From the NCBI GenBank assembly GCA_002308235.1, contig DBVS01000065.1, forward strand, positions 11,492-65,456: a stretch of 53,965 bases of DNA. The letters run 5' to 3'. The notes beneath the pieces are model-generated. The model was not told the origin of the DNA. It saw only the letters and a program-made list of their open reading frames with translations, and searched no databases. Numbering within the stretch: position 1 is the stretch's first letter; each line of letters starts with the position of its first letter. Origin of the DNA: Lachnospiraceae bacterium UBA1258 (GTDB lineage Bacteria > Bacillota > Clostridia > Lachnospirales > Lachnospiraceae). The position numbers and the translations under genes are program-made. Shown one piece after another: positions 18,901 to 27,400 of the stretch.

Positions 18901-20154
18901 TTATTTTCTGTTTTTCTTTCTTTCAAGCTGCTTAAGCTTAAGACCCGTGTTGTAGAAATCCTTAACAGAGCAGCCTGCTCTTCCGCCTCCGGCACAGGCA
19001 CAGGCGCAGGCACAGGCACAGGAGTGTGCACAGGCGCAGGAGCTGTGTGCACAGGAACTGTGTGCGCAGGAACTTCTGGGAACCGAAATGTGTGTTACGT
19101 GTACGCGTACGTAGGTGTTGGGAGAATCCCCGTAACGGAAGGTTCCTTCATCGCTGTACTTCGAAGGCTCCTTGATCTCTTTTTCCTCAACCACTTCTTC
19201 GCTCTCGATAAAACTGCGTCCGCAGTATTCGCATTTATCCTTGCCCTCGGGTCTTGCGGCACCGCAGCCCGGACAGGTGGGATAATACTTGATAAGGGTA
19301 CGGGTGATCTTTTTCTTTGTCTCGGTCTTTGAACCAAAACCGGCACCGGAAGAATACCCAAAGGTTTTCTTGAAAAAGTTTATTAAAATTCCGATAAAGA
19401 CGACTCCGCCGATAAGGCCGAAAATTGCCGGCTCTTCGCCGTCGGAACTGCTGTAGTTACTGTAATTTCCGTATCCCGAATCATTGCCGTAATCGGAATA
19501 ATTATTTGAACCGTAGTCTTTGGAAACACTTTTTGATTCGTCGAAAGCGTAATCCGCCGTATTGTAGGTAATACTTATTTCTTCAAATTTTTCTCCGGGA
19601 TCCAGGGAACCGCTCCAGACCAGGTAACCGTCCTCGGGAGTTGCTCCGTGAGAATTGCTTTTAACTTTGTCCGCGTTCCATCTGATCTCGATGTGATCGA
19701 CTTCTATACCGTCAAACCAGCCGGGCACGAAATAGAATACCGACTCGCCTTCCGTGAGCACGTTCATCTCGTACATGTAGCCCTGAATGATCGAGAAATC
19801 AAAGGATACCGTTTCTCCCTCATAATACGGCCTGTCAAGATCCACTCTCGCATAGTACTCACCGTGTTCATGCATTAACGATATGCGGGAGATGTTGCTG
19901 CTGAGGGCGGAAATGGTCTCGGTGTGGCTGTTTGGAATACCGACCTTCACCCATTCAAGGGGTCCGAGACTGTCATCATCCAAAACCTTCCATTCAACAT
20001 GGTAGGTCATGTAGAGTGTGGCGTCATCGTTTACATCCACGGTAATTACGTAATTGAGTATTTCATCTGTAGGCTCCGCCGCATAGGCAGTTTTCCCCGA
20101 AAGAGAAAAAACAAGCAAAAGAGCGGCGAAAATAGCGGCTATTCTTTTTTTCAT
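18901..20154 (-). CDS. Single-pass membrane protein (417 aa): signal peptide, DUF2207-like extracellular domain, TM helix, zinc ribbon, Cys/Ala/His-rich C-terminal tail
   Basis: ATG at 20154 overlaps the upstream TAA (TAATG) and has an AGGAGG SD. MKKRIAAIFAALLLVFSLSGKTAYA signal; TM AIFGLIGGVVFIGILINFF; CPGC-x10-CEYC; tail SSCAHSSCAHSSCACAHSCACACACACAGGGRAGC. Confidence 0.85.
   Translation of the reverse strand: MKKRIAAIFAALLLVFSLSGKTAYAAEPTDEILNYVITVDVNDDATLYMTYHVEWKVLDDDSLGPLEWVKVGIPNSHTETISALSSNISRISLMHEHGEYYARVDLDRPYYEGETVSFDFSIIQGYMYEMNVLTEGESVFYFVPGWFDGIEVDHIEIRWNADKVKSNSHGATPEDGYLVWSGSLDPGEKFEEISITYNTADYAFDESKSVSKDYGSNNYSDYGNDSGYGNYSNYSSSDGEEPAIFGLIGGVVFIGILINFFKKTFGYSSGAGFGSKTETKKKITRTLIKYYPTCPGCGAARPEGKDKCEYCGRSFIESEEVVEEKEIKEPSKYSDEGTFRYGDSPNTYVRVHVTHISVPRSSCAHSSCAHSSCACAHSCACACACACAGGGRAGCSVKDFYNTGLKLKQLERKKNRK
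18970..19074 (-). repeat. Coding low-complexity repeat: 15-bp (SSCAH) units then 5x TGYGCC (CA)
   Basis: Minus strand reads agttcctgcgcacac agttcctgtgcacac agctcctgcgcc...(tgygcc)5 ggaggcggaaga. Confidence 0.9.
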
Positions 20155-21509
20155 TATTTTTCCCTCCTGAGCGGGCATCTTCCGAGCATAAGGGCGGAAT
20201 ACTCCCTGCGTTTCCTGCAAACTTCATTATTCCAGATCTTGTCCCAGTCATCCTTTAAGATATTTCCGAGAACATCGCCGGACAACCAGCTCTGGCAAGG
20301 CACCACGTTTCCCCCGGGAGTAACTGCCATGTTGCTTAAGCAGGCTCCGCAATTAGGCGTTGAAAGTGCGTGCTCCTTAAAGAACTCATCATCGATCCAG
20401 CCGGGAGAAGTAAAGCTTATCTCCATGCCGTTTTCGTAGGCAAAATCTGATGCATCCGCCAGTACCTTGGCTATCTCCCCGGGAGAAAGCTGCAGCGACT
20501 CGGAAGTCTCGGTAAGAGCATTACCCGTGGTGATAAGACCCGAGCAGGTTACATACATGACACCCTTATCCTTTAAGAATTTAAGAGTGTCCACATAGTT
20601 TCTGTTAAGTGTGCAAAGAGGAGTGTTGACGCTTATGTTAAGACCTGCCTCCAATGCGTTCTCAATACCCGCAACGGTCTCGTCGAAATGATTGCCGCCA
20701 ACGAGCTTATTATGTATGTCTCTGTCATTTGAATAGAAGGTGATCTGCACGCTGTCGATCTCACACTCGTAAAGCTTCTTACAGTAGTCCTTCGTAAGTT
20801 TGATACCGTTTGTGTTAAGGCGCGAAACAAACCACCGTGCATGGTCGATTAATTCGAACAGATCGTCTCTCATGGTGGGTTCGCCGCCGGTGAAGGTCAC
20901 CTGAGGGATTCCGATCTCACGGAGTTTATCAAGAACCGTCTTCCACTCTTGCGTGGAAAGCTCGCCTTCAACGGCTTCCGACTGGCCGGCCGCATAGCAA
21001 TGTACGCAGCACTGGTTACAGTTCCAGCATCCGTTCTTTTCCATGGCGCTGACCATGATATCCATTCTGTGGGGTGCCTTCATGTTTTCGGCATAGTCTC
21101 CGATGTTAAGGTAACCGATATCCGTCGTGACTTCCTCACCGTAGGCCACCTGCTTGAAGGTCTCCATAATGGTATAAATATCGTTTTTAAGGCGCTTTCT
21201 CGATGCAAAAGGAAACACCTTTTTAACGGCGGTGCAGGTATTTTCAAGGATGCTTTCGACTTCCGCATCCGAAACCTCTTTGCCGTGATATTTGTTGACT
21301 TCCTTTATGAATTCCGACAGGAGAATGCTCCAGGAATAATTCACGGGAATGATGTCCTGCCCGTTGATAATCGCGATGCTGGGCGCGATCTTACCGCCTT
21401 CGTATTTGGGCGGGATAAGGTGGATGCGGACAACACCGGGCCCCTCGGGATTCAGGGTCGTGTGGCACACTTCTGTGAAGTTTTCTCGCATGTACTTTCT
21501 CGGGTTCAT
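20154..21509 (-). CDS. Radical SAM protein with RRE/PqqD-like N-terminus and truncated SPASM (twitch-like) domain
   Basis: CNQCCVHC (CxxxCxxC), ELSTQEW, FTGGEPTMR and LNTNG; C-terminal CGAC...GNVVPC...LGNI...WDKIW..C...CP. Confidence 0.9.
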   Translation of the reverse strand: MNPRKYMRENFTEVCHTTLNPEGPGVVRIHLIPPKYEGGKIAPSIAIINGQDIIPVNYSWSILLSEFIKEVNKYHGKEVSDAEVESILENTCTAVKKVFPFASRKRLKNDIYTIMETFKQVAYGEEVTTDIGYLNIGDYAENMKAPHRMDIMVSAMEKNGCWNCNQCCVHCYAAGQSEAVEGELSTQEWKTVLDKLREIGIPQVTFTGGEPTMRDDLFELIDHARWFVSRLNTNGIKLTKDYCKKLYECEIDSVQITFYSNDRDIHNKLVGGNHFDETVAGIENALEAGLNISVNTPLCTLNRNYVDTLKFLKDKGVMYVTCSGLITTGNALTETSESLQLSPGEIAKVLADASDFAYENGMEISFTSPGWIDDEFFKEHALSTPNCGACLSNMAVTPGGNVVPCQSWLSGDVLGNILKDDWDKIWNNEVCRKRREYSALMLGRCPLRREK

Positions 21510-21568
21510 GTCTGTGTCCCCTTTCTTTTTTCTGTAGTTATACTATCATAACACTTTTCGCTCATAAA

Positions 21569-21594
21569 GAAAAAGAGCGGCAAAATAGCCGCTC
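21569..21594 (-). terminator. Intrinsic terminator separating the TIGR01212-like gene from the radical SAM operon
   Basis: GAGCGGC-tatttt-GCCGCTC followed by a T-run on the minus strand. Confidence 0.75.
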
Positions 21595-21620
21595 ATATTT
21601 TGCAAAAAAGAGTGTATGTC

Positions 21621-22517
21621 TTAAATTGGTGAAAGATATCTGCTTATCTCGTTCAAAACCGATTTCTTGTCGGCGCTCCATTCGGGTGCGATGAGCAGTT
21701 TCTTGTCACCGTCCCCCGTAAGCCGGTGGATGATCATATCCTTAGGAAGAACTTTTATGCATTTACAAAGAAGGTTGATATATTCACTTCTTGTGAGGGT
21801 TTTAAATTTGCCCGCCGCGTACTCTTTGGCAAGATCGGTTCCCTTAAGCACATGAAGAAGCTGAAGTTTGATCCCCTTTGCGCCTGACTCTCCCACATAT
21901 TTTACGGTTTCGAGCATGTCTTCCTCGGATTCCCCGGGGAGGCCTAGGATCACGTGTGTGATCACTTCCATTCCGGAAGCGGACAGCCGTTTGACTGCAT
22001 CTGCGTATACCGAAAGGCCGTAACCGCGTCTAATGTATTCTGCGGTGCTTTCGTGTATGGTCTGAAGTCCGAGTTCAACCCAGACGGGCTTGATCTCATT
22101 TAATTCCTTAAGAAGTTCAAGCACTTCCTGCGGAATACAGTCGGGTCTGGTAGCTATGGAAAGGCATACGACTTCAGGATCGTTTATTGCCTCAAAAAAT
22201 TTTTCCCGCATCACATCAATGGGACCGTAGGTGTTCGTAAAAGCCTGGAAGTACGCTATATACCCGGGCTTTTCTTCTTTCGGAAGTTTTGATGCGATGA
22301 AGGCTTTCCCTGCCGCAAGCTGTTCCTTTATGCCGACACCCGACTGAGCAAACTCTCCGGAGCCGCCCGCCGAGCAGAAAATGCACCCGCCTGTTCCGAC
22401 TTTCCCGTCGCGGTTCGGACAGGTAAAGCCCGCATTCAGCGAAACCTTGTAAACTTTGGTTCCGAAACGCTCCCGAAGATATGAATTTAACGAACGATAG
22501 GTAAGCTTTTCAGGCAT
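21621..22517 (-). CDS. TIGR01212-family (YhcC/YtqA-like) radical SAM protein
   Basis: GFTCPNRDG..GTGGCIFC, YFQAFTNTY, IATRPDC, VELGLQT and IHRLTGD. Confidence 0.93.
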   Translation of the reverse strand: MPEKLTYRSLNSYLRERFGTKVYKVSLNAGFTCPNRDGKVGTGGCIFCSAGGSGEFAQSGVGIKEQLAAGKAFIASKLPKEEKPGYIAYFQAFTNTYGPIDVMREKFFEAINDPEVVCLSIATRPDCIPQEVLELLKELNEIKPVWVELGLQTIHESTAEYIRRGYGLSVYADAVKRLSASGMEVITHVILGLPGESEEDMLETVKYVGESGAKGIKLQLLHVLKGTDLAKEYAAGKFKTLTRSEYINLLCKCIKVLPKDMIIHRLTGDGDKKLLIAPEWSADKKSVLNEISRYLSPI

Positions 22518-22518
22518 T

Positions 22519-24414
22519 TTACTTTTTATCGTACCACCAGTTCTGTCCGTCGGAAGTTCCCTCGGAAGCCCCGTCAGTCGAACCGCTTGAAGGTTTGTTT
22601 TTCTTTGCTTTTTTGATGCGGTCCGTAACGATATACAAAACTGTGCTCAAAACGATCAATCCCACAAGTACGAGCATTCCCGTGAAGAACAGACGCTCCT
22701 CCTTTATGCTCTTTACCGCTTCGGATGCGGACTTTTCCGCAATTTCAAGGAACTTTTCGGTATTGTTTGCATTATATCTGATGATATACTGCCACAGGCA
22801 TACGCCGGCACCCGCCAAAAGCAGGATATTCCAGACAATAAGAGTGACAAGGTTGTTTTCCGGTTTCTTTTTAAAGAAAATAAGTGCAAGGATAATGACA
22901 ACGATACTTGCCACACCCGCGATCATCAGAGGAAGATACTGCTGCCACCAGGGCTTTTCGGTAACGGTGTTGCTGACGACGCTCACAGCCTTTTTGTAAA
23001 GTGTGACCGCCCTTGCCGCTGTGTTTCCGTTGACGTCCTCGACTTCGATATTTATGACGTTTTCACCTGCTTCCAGTTTCTTCTCGTAGGTGAAGGAACC
23101 GTCCTCTTTGTATTCGCAGTCTGCTCCGTCAATCCTTAACGTCTTGGCGCCCTTGACTTTACCTAAAATGGTAAAACTGTCGCCCGTAACGGATTTTCCG
23201 TCAGGATTATCAAAAAGAACGATCTCGGGCGGAATGGCATCAAAGTAAACGTCGGTATCGATCACGTATGAAAGCGAATCATCTATCTTTAATTCTGCAT
23301 AAACGGTATTGTTTCCCTGCTCAAGATCGAAGGAAAGTTCGCCGCTTTCTTTGATCTTATAGTTTCCTTCGTGCCCGTTTACCTTTACGACAAGTTCGGA
23401 CTCTCCCGAAACGGAATAAGCAATGCGAAGCTGTGAAGACCCCGTTACGTCTCCGTTCAGATTTTTAAGATATTCCTTCGAAAGATCGATCTTTTTGACA
23501 AAAGATTCCGAACGAAGACCATAATCATAGTAAGCAAGTCTTATCTCAATTTCCCCTGAGCCGACAGGGATAAGAGTGACGTCATTCGATACGCCGGTCT
23601 CGAGTTCTTTGGAAGATATCACTTCTCCGTCTGCAAGCACTGTTAGTTTGTGATTCGAATATGAACCGGGCTTACTTCTTTTCCAGTCAACGGAAACCGT
23701 TCCTGCATCAAAATCGAGCTTTGTCACGATACCTTCGGGTGCTTTTCCGGTTCTTGAATTGGTGAAGTTTACGGCATCGGAGTTTACCGAGTCAAAGATT
23801 TCCGCATCGCCGTCTTCATAATAAACATCAAGTCTGAAAATGTAGTTTCCGCTTGAAATATTTGAAGCATAAAAACTCAGTTCCGTTTCTTTATTGGGAA
23901 ATGCAGAACCGGAAGCCACGCGTTCTGAATAATCCTCTTCGGTGCTGACCATGTAGATCTCATAGTTGTATAAATAGATATCATCTTCACAATCGGCCTG
24001 AAATTTAACCGATACTCTTTCTTTTTCGATGCTTTCGACCGTGAAGTTTTGGATCCAAAGGCCGTAATCGTCGTTTATGATCGAATACTCGATTTCCGTG
24101 TTTCCGGCGGGATCGTATTCTAGAGTCCATTTACCTTTTTCGGCATCCGTGATACGGTATGTGCTCCAGCCATCCCCCGAAGCATATCCGACGCCTTCGT
24201 CACCGGCCTTCATTCGCTTTCCCGAAGGAGAAATGAATTCGATATCAACAACCTCGGCGTCAAAAGAGAACATGATTGCAAGGTCTCCGCCCTCTTTTGT
24301 CTTTTCGACGACAGTCTGTTTTGTTTCCGCATATGCATTGGTCTTGCAGAGCAGAAATGCCGCTGCGACCATTGCAAAGCAACATAAATTGATCAAAAAT
24401 TTTCTGAAGGACAT
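22519..24414 (-). CDS. Exported protein with beta-sandwich/Ig-like repeats and three C-terminal TM helices
   Basis: Signal peptide ending AYA; LEQGNNTV and LEAGENVINIEVEDVNGN Ig-like signatures; three hydrophobic C-terminal segments. Confidence 0.8.
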   Translation of the reverse strand: MSFRKFLINLCCFAMVAAAFLLCKTNAYAETKQTVVEKTKEGGDLAIMFSFDAEVVDIEFISPSGKRMKAGDEGVGYASGDGWSTYRITDAEKGKWTLEYDPAGNTEIEYSIINDDYGLWIQNFTVESIEKERVSVKFQADCEDDIYLYNYEIYMVSTEEDYSERVASGSAFPNKETELSFYASNISSGNYIFRLDVYYEDGDAEIFDSVNSDAVNFTNSRTGKAPEGIVTKLDFDAGTVSVDWKRSKPGSYSNHKLTVLADGEVISSKELETGVSNDVTLIPVGSGEIEIRLAYYDYGLRSESFVKKIDLSKEYLKNLNGDVTGSSQLRIAYSVSGESELVVKVNGHEGNYKIKESGELSFDLEQGNNTVYAELKIDDSLSYVIDTDVYFDAIPPEIVLFDNPDGKSVTGDSFTILGKVKGAKTLRIDGADCEYKEDGSFTYEKKLEAGENVINIEVEDVNGNTAARAVTLYKKAVSVVSNTVTEKPWWQQYLPLMIAGVASIVVIILALIFFKKKPENNLVTLIVWNILLLAGAGVCLWQYIIRYNANNTEKFLEIAEKSASEAVKSIKEERLFFTGMLVLVGLIVLSTVLYIVTDRIKKAKKNKPSSGSTDGASEGTSDGQNWWYDKK

Positions 24415-24434
24415 TTATATTTCACCTCATTAAG

Positions 24435-27400
24435 TTAGTTCAAAGCGCTCTTCCGGCTGCCGGCGTGTCCGTTTTCGTCAAGGTAGTAGAATTTGCTGAT
24501 TCTTTTCTCATTACCGAAAATATTGTCATAAGTGCCGTTGACGGCAAGTATCCACTCATGTTTGCCGTTATGTGTCGTATATAATCCGAATGCAACCGAT
24601 GCGTCCATTTCCTTTTCGGTATTGATGAGCCACCAGTTTATGTCATACATTGCGGTACCGGTATGCTGAAAACCGATAAATCTTGAATGGATATCGAGTT
24701 CATCCTTACCGCTTAATTCCAGCTTGATCCTGCCGTCGGAGCTGTCCCACATAATACCCTGCTTAAAGCTTGCCATAAATCCTTTGACTTTTTCTCCGTT
24801 GATCGCAAGAAGGGGATTGGAATAATCAAAGTTTCCGCCGTGAACCTCGGCCTCGGCAATCTTTATTTCACTTAAAACCTTGAGCTGAGCCTTAAGTTCG
24901 ATCTCAAAGGGATTTACGCAAAGTGATGCCGTGGTTTCGGGCATCTCGAGCAAAGCCATGTCTCCCAGGAATTTGCCCAATCCGGGGATATAATCCTTTA
25001 TCTTGCAGGATGTTATATCCATAGAGCCTGTAAATTTGAGTTTGGTAAAGTTACGCTCTTTGATGGCGGTATCAATTTCTGAAACCTGGAAGGCAAATTT
25101 GTTAAGTTCAAGCGGGAAGGTGGTGGGAAGCTTTATTCCCTTCGCGAGCTCCAGTTTAAGCTTTGCGGAATTGGGTATAAGAGAACCCTTCCACTCAACC
25201 GCGCACCCGATTCCGGAACCATTGGAGAAGAAGTCAAAATTCACCATTGCGTCGATGCTGTACTCGTTCTTTATCGTATTGATCTTGACCTCAAGTTCTC
25301 CGCCGAATTTGGCAGGAGAGCCGAACAAACTGATGGGGTTCGTACAATCGGAATCTTTCTTATGTCCGACAGAGGTATCCAGGATGAGTCCGACTTTTTT
25401 GTCGGTTATGGAAGCGCTTCCGTCAAACGTAAACTTAAAGAGCATCTCCGCATCAAACCCGGCGCTCAAAATCTGTTCCTGATAAGGGAACATCGTTGTA
25501 CCGGTTTTGAAGTTCAAATTGATGCTGTCGGGATAAAGTCTTACCGTAGGGCTGTCAAACATAACCAGCTTTGCAATCTTCAAAATACCCGGTCTGATAT
25601 CATCTACCAGAAAATTATCGTAATCGTAGCGATGTAACTCATCATTATAAAGCGTAAAGGAGCCAAGCCTCGGAATATCGAGTGCTATACCTTTGGATGC
25701 CAGGAACTTGGCAATTCCCGTTGCGGTTGCTTCGTCAAATTCCACATAAGAACCGCTGTTATCCGTAACAAATATCGAACCTCCCGCCTCAATATCTCCT
25801 CTGAGGCTTACATCCCCCTTAAAGTGAAGCCAGCCGTTCATGGTAACATTTCCGCGAAGCACTGTTTCGCCATAGTCGTCCTCGATCCGCTCTGTAGACG
25901 TAAAGACATAAGGTCCGAAGACCGTTCTCTTCTCGGTACCCTCCACAATAACGGAGAAACCGTTCTTAAGAACCTTATTCTTTCCGCCGATGCTGATCTC
26001 GACATCATAGGTTCCGACTGCCACGCTGGCGGGAACGGTCAGGGAGTAAGTTTCCGAATCAACATATTTTGCTTCGATGGTGTAATCTATATTGCCGTTT
26101 AACTTAACGGTGATCTCGCTCTTTTCTTCAAAACCGGTACCTTTAAGTTTAATGGAAGCGTCCTGAATGCCCTTGTACATATATCTGGGATTAATGCCGG
26201 AAATGCTGAGGCCCTGTGAAACCGCAAGTCCGTTTTCGTCACTTCCGCCGGGAAGCGAATAGGTCTTGACGTCTCTTAAATTGTTTTCGGGAATCAAAAC
26301 CTCAAGAGTTCTGCCCGAAAGAGTAATCGTATCGCTTGCTTTGTACTTGAGTTCGTAACGGTTATGGAGCTGGCCGTGGATCATATCGAAGAACGAAGTA
26401 AGGCTTGCGCTGTCCGAAATGTAAACAAGGTCGCCGTTTCCGCTTCTTGCGATGGTATTTAGATAAGCGGTATTAACACCCGATCCAAGACCCATGGAGT
26501 AGATCGCAACGCCCTTTTCAAGTGCGAGACTGCCGATATTACTGTAGATCTCTTCCGCACTTCTGCTGGTGTTGTCCTGACCGTCGGTCATAAGGATAAT
26601 GACGTTGTTCTCATCCTTCTTGCTCGCAAAATAGTTAAGGCACTGCAGGGTTGCGGAGTACATGTCGGTTCCGCCGCTCGCATACATATTGTTTGCGAAA
26701 TCCATAAGGCTCGAATCATCGGAGCCAAAAAGCATCTCTCCGGTAATAGAGCCGGCAAAGGTTACAACCGCAAGGTTTTCGCCCTCATTCTTGTTGGTAA
26801 TGAAGGTCTTTACGGCTGCTCTGAGGTCTCCGATGCTGTCGGACATACTTCCCGAAACATCACAAAGAAGCATTACATTGGAGCCCTTATATTCAATCTT
26901 ATCCAGAGTGAAATCCTTGATCTCGGCGCCGCAGTCGTAAATCCTCAATGCGTTCTTCAAAGCGTTCGTATTCGGGTAATTGCTTGCATCGATCTGAACG
27001 ATCGCGGTGATCTCGCCTTCCTTGTCGAAATTCCCCGTGTCAATCCTTCCGATCGAGATCGAACTCTTTATCTTGCTGACATAGTCTGCCGCTGCCTGTG
27101 AGAAGTCTTTCTTTGTCTCGGGAGTTTCCGTATCATTCCCCTGCTTTGTTGATGTGGCAGGTTTTGTCTGAGAAAAGCCTGCGGTCTGCACCGGAGCATA
27201 GCCTGAACCGGAATTCACGGTCTGAACGGAACCGTAGGCCGGATCGGAGTTTTTACTTTGAGTATTTCTTTTTCCGGAATTACCGCTTCTGTCTGAGTTG
27301 TCTTTCTTATCTGAAGTGCCCGACTTTCCCGATGAATAAGCCGTATCGGGATTGTACTGGGGAGAAACGATCTTCTCGACATTTACCGTTAATGAGTGAT

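Noticed and set aside
18849-19052. 67-aa Pro/Val/Ala-repeat ORF (MHTAPAPVHTPVPVPAPVP...) as a separate precursor peptide
   Set aside because: It is an alternative frame of the Cys-Ala repeat with no SD; the Cys frame is continuous with the 417-aa gene.
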